64,000 bases of DNA from Camelus dromedarius (taxonomy: Eukaryota), in NCBI RefSeq assembly GCF_036321535.1, contig NC_087436.1:103790001-103854000 (forward strand). Direction: 5' to 3'. Made by a program: the position numbers and the translations under genes. The notes beneath the pieces were generated by a model. That model was not told where the DNA came from and ran no database searches. It saw only the letters and a list, made by a program, of their open reading frames with translations. Of this stretch, positions 25,421 to 37,609 are shown in pieces; position 1 is the first letter of the stretch, and every line of letters starts with the position of its first letter.

Positions 25421-27094
25421 ACAATGTCAATGGCTATCTTTGCTTTTAGAAAGAGATCTGATGATATTCTAGGTCACTGTCAAAACTTCTTTTTTGAAGT
25501 TTGCATTCAGTCTTCAGACTGGTGTAATATCTTATCAGTCAAAAGTCAGTCATCTTTTTATAACAGCCTTGGTGGTGATTCATTTTGTGCAGATTCATTA
25601 TGAAGGATGCAAAAAGTGTACTTGCCTTTGCCCCAGATTGGACTACAATGATCCAAAACTCTGAAGTGGTCTGCATTGGGCCTGCCTCATTGCCAGGCCC
25701 ACAGGAGCTGATCCAGTTTAAGAAAAAAGTCGTCTTCTTCATGGTCCAGCCAGACTCATTGGAGTTGCTCATCTGGGTCTGGGGCCCAAGGCCCAGGAAG
25801 GAAAAAGATTCACTTCACTCATTTTATTCAGTACAACTATTTCTCCTGAAGGATTTACATGGGGCAGTGATGGGTCAATGGGAGAGAAAAAGTCTTTCTC
25901 AGTCCTCTGGCCAATCTTAGCATACCAAAGATGACCCGGGGGATGTTCAGGGGCCAGCAGAACCCTGAATTTGGGGCATGCAATGTCAGATCATGAAGGC
26001 AATCCAAACAGGCCACTCAACAGCAGGGAGGCAGCAAAGAGGATCAGGTGGCCAAGGAAGACTGGAGGCCAGATGAAGCTCACAGGAGCAATGGTGGCTG
26101 AACTTACAGGAAACCCAGGCATGGTCTACAAAAGCTAGTCCCCAGTCTCCCGGACAACTCCAGGAAGATGGACGGAGCCCTAATCTCCAAGAACCCAATC
26201 TTCTGGACAAGTTGTCAGTACATACTCTTACCAATAAGGGCTTAGCCTGTGGCAAACACTTCTGGTGTGTGTGTTATTAACTCTCTTGATCTTAACAGTC
26301 ATATGAAGCAAGTGGTATTTCTGTCCCCAGTGTAGGTACATCTGTCCAGTGTCTTGAGCCCTTCTCTGAATGAACTGGGCATTCCAAACCTGGTCACACT
26401 CACTCTAGAACTTACTCTCTTAAACACTTCCTACCCACCGCCTTTTCTTGGGGTTGAGCTGAGGACGTAAACAGCAGGCACTTACTGTTTGGAAGGTGAT
26501 TCCCCAGTGGAAAGCACTAATCCAAGCACTTGTTTTAATCCCTGAAATTTTTAGAACAACCCTACGAGACAGTGTGTCAGCTGGCCAACATTTGGTCAGG
26601 AAAACAGAAGCTACCTTGAATGTTCCAGCAACAGTAATTCCAATGCAGGGCACTTCGGGCGCCTCCACAGTCTTTCGGAAAGGCTGGGCAACGGATTTCA
26701 GGGGAGCCACCAGAACCTGCTGCATCTATGCAAATAGGCTCCACACCCATCCTGAGACCGCTGCATGTCCTAAGGATGTCTGGGACACTCTCACTATGGC
26801 CCTGGGCCAGCAGCTCTGAGACAGGTGATTCTCCATAGACCCACATGAAAGCCACTTTGAACCTCACACCTTCCTGCCCACCCATCTGCCTGTTACTCCC
26901 TCCTTTGGGACATAGTGGCCACTCCTCTTCTGTGAGGAAAGTCTCACACCAGCTCTTCTCCTTAGCAGACTGTACCCAAAGCCACACAGGAAAGGATGCT
27001 CTAGGAATGGCAGTTCCTGGCTCCTTTGCAATGCACAGGAGACTTAGAGATGGTACACATGCAGCAAGCTGACAACAGATAATCTGGTAGAGTT

Positions 27095-27235
27095 AGCTAT
27101 AATTATTATTCCCATTTTGCAGTTGATACAACTGAGGCACGAAGAGGTTAACTGATGTGTCAAAAAACTAGTAAGTGATTGAGACAAGATTCAAATTCAA
27201 AGTCTGGCTCTAGAACTCATGCTGTCACTATTGCA
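27095..27235 (-). mobile_element. MIR
   Basis: attattattcccattttgcagttgatacaactgaggcacgaagaggttaa..ctagtaagtg..gattcaaattc. Confidence 0.8.
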
Positions 27236-29721
27236 TTAAAGTCTTAGCCCGGTAAAGCTTGGCACAGATTATACCCAATACATTGCACTGTTGTTGTTTT
27301 TGTTATTACTATTACTATTGTTATATGATATTATTGTGTTTGTTTTGCTCATAATTATCACAACTGGGATTGCCCAGCTACTAGCTAAAGGATGTTGAAT
27401 ATCCCCACCAACAGTCTAGACCACATTAGCCACCTTCCAAGGCAACCCAGGTAGATTTTCTTTCCCTAATGAATGTGCGATTATGATTTAGTCCCAGATT
27501 TCTAAACAATCAGTAACTCTTTTAAAAAAAAAAAAAAAAAAAACACCCTGAATAGCCACGGATGTATGTGTGTGAATATGAGCATATATGCACACACGTG
27601 TACACACAGACTTACTTTGTGAGTGACAACAACACAACGATTTCAACTGATGCAATTGATGCTGGTGAGTTTCAAGAGCTTCACACAGGCAATCCCAGCT
27701 GGCCAATTATTGCAGACAACCTGCTCCCACATATTCACCACACAGAAAATATGTCAAATGCACTTGGAAACAACCCTAGGCTGCAGCCCACTGAGAAACG
27801 GAGGCTGGGTGTTGGACATGCTGGCTTTGGACTGCTTGGTGCAGCCCGGAACTCACATGTGGTCTCTGATTCCATCTCCAGATACTGCAGGGAAGGCTCT
27901 GTAATTGGAAAAGGCTGCCCGAGCGGAAAGTCTGCCTTGTTTCATAAACAGTGCCCTCTGAAGAAGTTTAAAATTTACCAGAGGAGAAACGCAGCCTCTC
28001 GCGTTTCCAGCAGTGTTTTCAAACTGGCTGAAATCGATCAGAGGTTTCAGCTGCGCTCTCCCTCTTACAGCTCATTTACCCATGCAATTAGGCAGTTAAG
28101 TAGATGCAAAATATTTAGAATTAAACATGCTTCTCATCAATCCGGTGGTCAGAACTTTTTGCTTTAAGAGAAATGATCCAATTACTCTTTCTTTATCCCT
28201 TTTCCTTCATTCCTGCCATGGCCAAGCATGCTTAGAAAAAAAAAGAAAGAAAGGAACAGAGGGTGTTTATCTTAACTCAGCAATTCCATGATTTCTATCA
28301 GATGGTAGGAGCAAAAATAGTAAGTTGAAAGATTTCAAATGAAAAGGCTACAGAGCAGAGCAAGGGCAAGGTCACGTGGCTACTAATGTATTTTGTAAAT
28401 GTAGGGGAGAAAATTATGCATGAATAGCAAATTTCCATGATAGGAAGGTGAACAGCCTGTTTCAGGACTGCAGATTCAATGCTGGAAATCACATCACCCG
28501 GAGCAGGTATACAGTATTATATTCCGATTCAGAAAGGGATGCTGCTTGAATGCGCTCGGCAAAATGGTAGCAGAGGAATATTGCATCTTTAATAGGATTT
28601 TTGATTCAAATGTGCTGAGCCAAACCACTTAAAATTGCATTTGAATAGTAAACAGATAACATCATTTAAAAAAAAAAAAGACCTGCACACTCGTGCCAGA
28701 TCAACAGAGACCCTGCAAAATCAAGACAGGGAGGAGGAGGCAGCAGCCCTGAATAGAAAATAAAATGAGATACGACTTCTCAGGCACGAGGCCGTCTTCG
28801 GGTTTCGAAAAGGTAAAGCAAGGTGAACTCAATCCTTTATCAGCACAACTCCAAGAAGATTTCAGAGCTGGCCGGTCCCTCCTCTTCAAAATATCTTTTT
28901 CAGAGACGGATTTAATTTGGGTGGAGGTTTATATTGCTTCTTCCACCGTATTGATTTAGTTTTACTCATCAATTTGCATTATGGTGAGGAAATGATATGA
29001 GGGAAAAGTGAAGGAGAACATTAAAATGCCGGGACTCAAATGCAGGAGACATCTGAGGAAGCCCAAGAAACCCCAGGATCCACCCCTCCAGCTAGCAACG
29101 CCTGTTTCCTGTAATCAGCCCAAATGCATCCTTATGTTTGGCCAAGTTTCTGCATAACTGGAAAGCTAGCCCTTCAGGGGTGCTGACTTTCCTATAGCAC
29201 AGGTTTTCCCAAAATCTTTTTTGAAACAGCATTTCCCCATATAGAGTCTATGAGAGCAATGCTCTGGGGGTTTTATCTATTTTAATTTATATTCAGGAGA
29301 AATTCACATGGGAGAGAAAGAATTCCTTGTGTAAGTGAAGGCAAAGATGGCTGTAAACTAAGAAATTCCTCAGGTTTTTAACAGAAAATCTTCTGAGGCC
29401 AGTTTTCTGACCTGCCCACTAAGCAGTGTCATTTTTCACTTCTTTGCTTCGAGCATCTCATTGGCTTGCTAGTGAAGCTTCTGTGCAGTCTCTTTTCCAT
29501 GAGAAAAGCATCATCATTGAGGAGTTGAAAATTTACACCTGGAAAGGCTGACTTGGAAGTTTCTGGTGTATCCCCAGCAGAAGAGGCTCACTCGGAAGTT
29601 TCAGGAAAATGACGGCTTGCCCAGGAAGCAGACAGAGGCATGATCAGAATCAACACAGAGGGGCACTAGGTCATGTTTTGCTTCTGTGATGAATTGAAGG
29701 ATTTTTTTTGTCATGGACCAA

Positions 29722-29915
29722 CAACTTTTTATTTTTTACATATAAATCTTAAATAGTTCAGAACGACTAAAACACTGAAAATATAAAAATATATAACATT
29801 AAAATATAAAAAGTTGTCCAAAAAAACTTTCTCTCTCACTGTTGTCCCTCCTTCTCATCCCTTTGAATAGACGACCATCTGTTATTTTATTATTTCTCTT
29901 TCCAGAGTTTTTAGG
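29722..29915 (-). mobile_element. Ancient L1 3' end fragment
   Basis: T-rich start followed by aaatataaaaagt..ctctctcactgttgtccc..atttctctttccagag; weak similarity to L1ME ends. Confidence 0.4.
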
Positions 29916-30335
29916 GTGTGTCCAGTCATCCCTTCTTGGCTTCATCAAATGTCTTCTAGGATGTGACATTCTTGACCTCTCAGGTCCTGATTTGCTTTAA
30001 AGGTCTGATTTCTCAGGTCTTACACCGATCATCTTGCAAGTAGAGAAAGATTCTCTTTTCATTCTAACTCAGATATCACCAATAAGATGATGGAAAAAAT
30101 GTTTTCAGACATAAACTCAGTTTCCTAGGGTAAGTTTGATCATGGTTTAGAACAGGAAAATTTTGTTTTCCTTGAATAAAGCCAGGATTCTGAAATTCTC
30201 TTTCATGAATGACAATTAAAGGAAATGAAAAGCAGTCTTACCACCCATATATTAATAAGTCCTCTTAGAAATGAAGGTAGATTTTAACCTCAGAAAACTC
30301 GCAGGTGATGATATTGGCTACTATTTTAAGGCATC

Positions 30336-30845
30336 TGTGGTGAACATCTGTGGAGTCGGTTTGCTCAGCAGTCATTTCCCCTACTTTTGGCAACCGTGCC
30401 CTATTTTCGTTTGAAGAACAATCTCTGTCCTAATCCCGTAGGTTTCAGATTGAGCTGACACAAGCCCCAAACCATGAGAATGGATGTACGACTCAAGAAG
30501 TCAGATTTCCTGGCCACAGTGATTTTTCCTGGAACCATCACATGACCCAGGCAAGCCATTGAGAACCTGCTCTGGCCCTTTTGTCGGCCTCCTAGAGAAG
30601 GAGAAACTCTCTGTGCCCTAGAGTTTCCAAGCCAGTAGATTTGTCACGCCAGAGCTGCTGGAGGACCCAAGCCTGAGAATGAAGCCATTGCTAAAGAAAG
30701 CAGAACTGAAGAATAGAAAGACAGAACCTATTCAATACCTGGATCCAAACCTCTCCTTTCCAAAAAGGGGAACTAACAATTCCCCTTTTGGCTTAAGTCA
30801 TTGGAATTAATTTTCTGCCCCTAGCAACTAAACAAACCATAGTAT
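30336..30845 (+). mobile_element. MaLR solo LTR, MLT1K/L-like
   Basis: tgtggtgaacatctg.., cctggccacagtgatt, catgacccaggcaagccattgaga, gcctgagaatgaagcca, ttccccttttggcttaag. Confidence 0.85.
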
Positions 30846-31141
30846 TTAACTGTAATAGCAGTTAACCTATGCTTATTCTAGTCAAAGCTGAGAATTGTTC
30901 TGCCACCTATACTTCCGTAACTTGTAGTATATACACAGACAGAAAAAAACTCTCCCCAAGTAGCATCACTTACCTCTTTTTACACGTACTAAGCGTCAAA
31001 ATATTCTGGTACCAGGTCCCAGCTGGTACGAGGTATTCAGCTAGTTTACAAACCTAATGAATTTCCAGCTGGATTAATCTTTCAGGTCCTGAAATATGTT
31101 CTTCAGGAGCTGATGCTTAGAATCGCAAAAGTTCACCTAGC

Positions 31142-31285
31142 CCAGTGATTTCTATTCCAGTAGGTTATGGACCTACCTGACCCCAGAATCAGAAGCTACA
31201 AAAGCAGGGTCCAAGAATCAGTACGGTTAACTCAAGCCCCTTGCTGGATGTTATGCATTCAACTCAGCACCAGTCCTCTGATCTA
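31142..31285. mobile_element. MER5-like hAT MITE inserted at ctag, flanked by probable CR1/L3 remnant to ~31420
   Basis: cagtgattt..agaatcagaagct..gggtccaagaatc..ggatgttatgca; ctag on both sides. Confidence 0.5.
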
Positions 31286-32127
31286 GCCTGTCTCCTACTT
31301 ACCAAATGAACCCTAACAGCTGAACACTACCCACACTTTGATGAAGTCGAAAAATACTTCTTCCTAACACCTAAATTCCTACTGCTAGCATTTTACTGCT
31401 ACGTATCTTCTTGTTCTGTCCCATAAACTTACAAGCTTCATTTGCAAGGAAGCACGTCACAGATGAATTGCATCGACCTAGTAACCTTCACCAAAGATCA
31501 GTGAATTAGTAGATTCTCTCCAACTTCTGCTGATGCTTCTATTTTCAGCATTTAAATGTTAGTTATTTTAAGTCACTCAATAACTTTTAGCAAACATCCA
31601 ATGGTTAGAACCGGAGAACCGGAAGAACACTCTCATGATCAAATTCATCACTGTGCTCGGGTCACGATGAAATGTTTCACTGGTGTCATGAACGCGCATT
31701 AGAGAAAGTGTCAACAAATATTTGTTGAGCACAAACACCTTACCAGTTAAATGAAGAAGTTTACTAGCTCAAGACCAGAACCCATCCTCAGTGATCTCTT
31801 TTCAGGATTAAAAAAGCACCCATCTTGCATTCACCCGGGAAATCGCTGACGAAAATGGCTGCTCCACAGCTCAGCGCAGAAGCTTGTAGCCAGCTCAGGC
31901 ATCCCAGACAAGTGGCCGCTTTCAAAGCCCTTTGAGGTCTCAGAGATTATTTATTTTTATTCCAAATAGATCAGAGACTTCAAACATAAATGCACACATG
32001 GGCCAGGCACATAAAGGAGCAGAGTAGAGGAGGTGCAGGACTGATGGTTTCCGATTTTGTCACATGCATTTTATTTTCAGTCCCACAAAACACATTCAGG
32101 CTCCACACTGAAGAACTGTAGGGTTTA

Positions 32128-32392
32128 GAGCAGCATGTGTTCCCCTTGGGATGATGCCATTCCCAAGGGAACAAAAATTGGTCCTTGAGAACACAAAATC
32201 CTTAGGTATTACAGTGGCTTGTGGTCCTCCAAAGGGCACAGTACGTAAACCAGATACACAGCATATCCAAGGTACTAAAATTTTATGGAAATGAGGATGT
32301 AATTAGGAAGGGGAAAAAGGTCTCCAAAGGCTTCTTAGAAGAGGAAAAATGATTAAAATGTTCAGAAATATCAGGAAACTGAAGAACTTAGG
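32128..32392. mobile_element. hAT-Charlie family MITE (subfamily uncertain)
   Basis: aaaattggtcctt..ttaggtattacagtggcttgtggtcctccaaagggcacagtacgtaaac..ggtactaaaattttatgg resembles a remembered Charlie-type consensus. Confidence 0.6.
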
Positions 32393-32394
32393 TA

Positions 32395-32620
32395 TCCAAA
32401 AAGGCAGACATTTCTTAACTCCGTCTGACTGTACCTGTGTGAAAACATGGTCTGACCACATTTTTTCAAGAGGAAGCATAAATCTAGGTATTTGGATAAT
32501 ATTTCCCAATTTTTAAATGTTGGTTTGTCTCAAAGGAAAATCAACAAGAGCCCTTTGTAAGCCAAACAAAATATATCTCCAGGGCCATGTGGCCCGCCAG
32601 CTGCCAGTGTACAGGCCACA
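32395..32620. mobile_element. MER102-like hAT MITE, terminal part
   Basis: ttttttcaagaggaagcataaatct..cccaatttttaaatgttgg..gccaaacaaaatatatct..tggcccgccagctgccagt. Confidence 0.7.
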
Positions 32621-33594
32621 TCCTCAGGGGAAATTTGAAGGAACTGTTCTACCCTTAGAGCATTTGGTGGTTACTAATCAGTTAAATTAGACAAAGAGCA
32701 AAAGCATTATTTATGTCACACTCATTTAAGAAAAATGCTCACCATTTACTCCAAAAGTGAACCCGTTTGCCCATTGATGAACTTGACACATTTTTCTGGC
32801 TCTTCAATATTTTCCAAGGTGTCAATAATCTTTGCAAAGGAGACTTAGTCATTCCAAAGCTATTTTAAAATGAACAGAACAATTATCCCATGGGAAACGT
32901 GCTTGTGATACATTCAAGGCTTTGAAAGTTCTGCTTTTCAAACTGCAAACCTAGCTCCTGCATAAGAAGAGGTTTGTTTATTCTGCTTATCTCAAGACAC
33001 AGAGAATACTGTCCCTGTCTCTAAATGGTCATATTTCTGCACACCATATCTTAATTCTGCCTTAGGAAGGTAACTCTGAAAAGTTAGAGACCGTGTTTAC
33101 TGAACTTTCTATATTCACACAAAAGGATGCTAAATATTTGATGATAATCTTCCCGTTCTTTGAATTAATGTGAGTCCCAATCTAAACAGCACATGTCGAA
33201 CAAAAATTTGATTTTAATTGCATTTCCCTCCCGTGTTTCTTTCCCTTCACATAAATTCTAAGAATAAAATTAAAGTCTGCTCTAAAAAGTGTGTCTTCCC
33301 TCCTCTAAATGACTGGAAGACATTAGTTTTGCCTTAATCACTCTTCATGTGAGCAGCTTAGGAAGGCTCAGCATGAATTTTTTATGTGTCGAATCTCGTC
33401 CTCCACCTCCTCAAACCCGTCCTGCTGTTTTCTGCGTTTCTCCCCCGTCATCCTTTGACTTCGGATAATCTGTTTCCTCCAAGGTATTTGGTGGGTTTTG
33501 TAAAGTATTTTTACCCCCAATCAGCTAGGACCTTGCTGAGTATATAGGAATGTTGGTCAACTCAGCAATTCAACAGGAGAAACTAGGAAGCGTC

Positions 33595-33615
33595 GGGGGG
33601 GGGGGGGGGGGGGGG
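33595..33615. repeat. G21 homopolymer
   Basis: Read directly. Confidence 0.95.
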
Positions 33616-34584
33616 CGGTAACCACGAAGCTCCTCCCCCCGGGGCTCCAGGAGGCCCTGCGCAGTGTGGGGAGCACTTTCCTTTCCAAGATGGTCGAGGA
33701 CTTTGTCCTCTCTGTGCTCACCTAGCAGAGTTAAGTTTGGGAATCAAAATTTAATGAAGAATCAAGTTTGAAATTCTGCACCATGCACAATGCTTAGAAA
33801 CACACCACAGAGATACCACCCAGGTATTATAAATAATACATGTAATGTTGATTAAAATTTTGATGTAAATTTCTAAAAACTTTATTAAAGTTGTAAAATA
33901 ACTGACATGGGTTGTTTACAGTTGGGTGACAACTTAATTAATCAACTGCTGCCTCCACTGCAATAAAGACTAGAAGTGCGTCATCTCCATTTATTTTTAT
34001 CCCTGAAGAATGAGCCAGAAAACACAAAATTATCTCCCTTTCAAAACACCAAATTATCTTTCTTTCAAAACACTCTGCGTATTAATTGTGAAGCGTGACA
34101 GCACACAGTCTTTGCCTAGACTAATAATTAATCTGGAAAACACAAATCTCTGACATGCGACTGGAAGATCTGAAGTGCTAACCAGGGAACATTTATTCAC
34201 ACTCAGTCCAGAAATGATCCTTTTTGTCTTGATACAGAGAAAATTTTCAATTTTCAGGTCACTAAACAATTTAATTCTGTGTTAGAGTTAAAAATTAAAC
34301 ACACAAGGCATTATCACATGAAAGAAATATATATATACATATATGTTGTAAACTCCTTGTTTCAAGATTCTTGCTTAATGAGACTTTCCTTCTTAAATGA
34401 GAAATCCTAGAACAATATTGAAAATATATAAGATGATGTCAAAAGTAATATTTTAGATAGTAAGTCATTTATTACTTTATTATTGACATTTTCCAACAGT
34501 TTTGTTACAAATAAAATGCTACTTTAGGAATTATACGGTACAGGTTCTTAAGGGGAAGTGTTTGTAATTGTTGATGCAGGCTCT

Positions 34585-34730
34585 ATTCATTCATTCACTC
34601 AACAAACTTACTACCTGCAAGACACTATGGTAGGCATCAGAAGGGTTACCAGGGTCAACTAGATGCAAATCCACTGAAAGGAGTTTACAAGGTAACAGGC
34701 AAGATTCACTGTGGACATAGATGACTTTGT
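34585..34730 (-). mobile_element. L2 3' tail fragment
   Basis: attcattcattcactcaacaaac..tactacctgcaagacactatggtaggc..ggagtttaca. Confidence 0.65.
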
Positions 34731-34739
34731 AATGTAAAA

Positions 34740-35020
34740 ACTGAGCCAAACACACCTGGATTCAAACACCAGCTTCATTTGACCTCTCCAATTCTCAATT
34801 TCCTTACCTATAAAGTATGAATAGCAATATTACTTACATCAAAAACGTGTCATGAGTAAGAAAAAAAAACTCCAGAAATTGACACAACATAGTAAACTGA
34901 CTATACTTCAATAAAAGTATATTTTAAAAAAAAGAAAATGTGTCATGAGGATTCAATGAGATAATTCATGATATGTATGCAGCATGATGTCAAATATATA
35001 TTAAGTTCTCTACAAAAAGT
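34740..35020 (+). mobile_element. MIR interrupted by a micro-L1
   Basis: cacacctggattcaaacaccagct..ctcaatttccttacctataaag..gaggattcaatgagataat. Confidence 0.7.
34857..34934 (+). mobile_element. Extremely 5'-truncated camelid-type L1 (78 bp) with TSD
   Basis: ccagaaattgacacaacatagtaaactgactatacttcaataaaa plus A tail; TSD aaaa(c/t)gtgtcatgag at 34842-34856 and 34935-34949. Confidence 0.9.
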
Positions 35021-36409
35021 TAATTCTTCTTTTTTCTCTAATTGTAGTACTATTGTTACCATAGTTACCATGGTTGTTGTCCAAAGCAGTCACTGCCAGG
35101 CCCTGAGCTCTTAGCATACCACAGGGAAAAAAATGGTTAATCATTACCCAGATCTGCATCCTTTCAAATTACTCTCCCTTGTGATTATCCGGGCTTTCCC
35201 TCTGGGCTCAGCCATGCATAATAACTATCTCCTTCACCCCTGCTTCAGATCTGACTCCTGGTGCTGTCTACCCTCATGAAACACTAGCCCTGAACTCCCC
35301 ATCAAACAAAACAAGCATGTGCTTAGGACACAAAGGGGGAAAGGTAAGGGAGGCACCTTGGAGTTGGGAGTTTTTCTCTCTTTCATCGTCAATCTCAACT
35401 TTAATGGATTTTTTTTTATCATTGTCTTTATCTGTTGTGTTTAAATTTAGTCTGCATTGCTTAAAAAAATGTTTTCTTGGACACGGTGAGTGTTTAAAGT
35501 TTAAAATTTTTGTTTGAAGCGGTCCTTAGACACAACATTTGTTTCCATTTCATGAAATGAGAGTTTCCACTCCCCTTTGAGTATAAACACAGCTGGCTGG
35601 ATCTGGCTTGCATTTAACTCATCATCTGATTTGTGTAACAGACACTTAAGCTGCTTATTGCGAGCAATGGAAGGGCTGAGGGGGAACCACTGCTGAGCTG
35701 TTTTCAGGGCATGGGTTGATCTTACTCCAGCCTTGTTAACACACACAGGGGAGCATAAGCTCTCTCACCTCGTTGTTATCCTGATAAACCTTTTCCCACA
35801 GGCGTGTCGGCATGGTTCCTCCTACTCGGAGAGACGACAGCATTCACTGTTTTCGTGAAGTTCAAATTTTCAACAACCTGTCAACATTATCCAGTGCAAC
35901 CCCCTGCTCGTGGTCTAAATCCCTTTTCTCCTTTTCATTGCTTTATAAAGCTTTCAGCTTGTCCTTCTGCTGGGTTACCCCAGCACTCTGAAAGTCCCTC
36001 CACTGTAGCCCAAATCAACTGGTTGGTTTATCAAGTCATTATTGGTTTACATGTTTATCCCTTCATGATCACATCACCCACATCTTTCTGTCCTTAGCAG
36101 TCGACTCACACATACATGGTGGGTGCTCAATAAACATTTTGAACAAATGAATTAATAATTTAATTTAAAAATCAATCAAAATAGCTGAGACATATGTAAT
36201 GCTTTTTTATCAGGGTCCTACTTAGATTGACCACAGAGGTGTTCTCCTGCAAAAATCCCTTCATCACAAAAGTTTCTAAACCCAGAAGTCCAAGTTTGAT
36301 GATCAGTAAATCTCAGAGGATTAACAGAGCATGTGGGACATTCAGTCCTCTCAGACAACGTGAAAGGCTGTTATTTCTACCATTTCCTGCAGTTCATTTT
36401 GATGACACT

Positions 36410-37462
36410 AGTTGAATATCAATTTACCTTGAATTTTCATCTTCCCCCCAGCAAGTACCCTACTTTCTGCACCTCTTTCCCGCAAAACACCACAATGGAA
36501 TTGTCTATTCTTGCTGTCTCTACCAATTCTCCACGTTTCCACATCCAATAGGCAGCTCTCAGCCCTCATTTTAAAGGACCCAACGGCGATATGTGGCATA
36601 GTTTATTACTTTCTCCTCCTTGACATACTTTCTTCACTCAACCACTTCATCTTTTCAGCTGGTTCCTTCTTATCTCCTTACCCTCCAAACACAGGTGTGC
36701 CCATAGCCCAGCCCTCAAAACTCTTCCCTATCATCAGGCACTTTAGAAATCTCATCCAGTCTCCTAGTTCTAAATACCAGCTATACATGGATGGGTCCCA
36801 AATACATCTCTTCAATCCAAACTCACCCATCAATTTTAGAGTTTTAAATTCAACTATGTAGGTAAAACATCTCCTCCCAGACACCTAAAAGGCATCTCTA
36901 ACTCAGCATGTCCAAAAATGGCCTTAACTCTTCCTGCCTCATATAACAGCAACTCTTTTCTTTTTTGTGGTTACTCAGACCAAACTCCTTGGACTCATCC
37001 CTAACTTCCACCTTCCCCTCGTCTACTCTACTCATCTCACCTACTCTACCTGCAAATTCTGTTGATTCTACCTTCTCACTACATTCACCCTGATCCAAGA
37101 AGCATCACATTTGGCTTAGATGGTAACAGAAGTTTCCTAACCAGCCTTCCTGCTCTATCTCTGCTCCTTATAGTCTATCCTCAACACTAACAGAGTGGTC
37201 CTGGAAACTAGACGATGCCACTCTTCTGCTCAAACCCGCCAGTGTCTCCCATGTCATCAGAACAAATGTGGCATTTTTACAACAGCCTGTAAGGTCCTGC
37301 AGGATCTTGTTCCCTGTCATCTCTCCAGCCTTCTAGTCTCATCTTCTACATCACCTCCTTACTCACTCTGCTCCAGTCGGACTGACTTCTTTATTCTTGG
37401 TGAAACACAGCAGAGCCTAGAACAGGACTTGCCACAGCATGGGTATCTGATAACTATTTGCA
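36410..37462 (+). mobile_element. LINE L2a 3' kilobase
   Basis: ctcatccagtctc, aggcatctctaactcagcatgtccaaaa, cagaccaaactccttggactcatcc, cagagcctagaacaggacttgccacag..tatttg. Confidence 0.85.
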
Positions 37463-37609
37463 GAAGGAAGGAAGGAAGGAAGGAAGGAAGGAAGGAAGGA
37501 AGGAAGGAAGGAAGGAAGGAAGGAAGGAAGATGGAAGGAGGAAAGATGGAAGGAAAAAGGAAGGAAGAGAGAAAAGAGGGAAAAGGGAAGGAAAGGAGGA
37601 AGGGAAGAA
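37463..37609. repeat. (GAAG)17 microsatellite (37463-37530) plus degenerate polypurine tail
   Basis: Read directly; only two T interrupt the purine run up to 37609. Confidence 0.97.

Noticed and set aside
27562..28167. Longest ORF (201 aa) as a gene
   Set aside because: It begins in a TG/CA simple repeat and has no recognisable domain or convincing splice boundaries; an ORF of this length can occur by chance in 64 kb over six frames.
33715..33750. Minus-strand tag|gtgagc as a recursive splice site
   Set aside because: The pyrimidine tract is interrupted by A-rich bases; much weaker than the 53867 motif.
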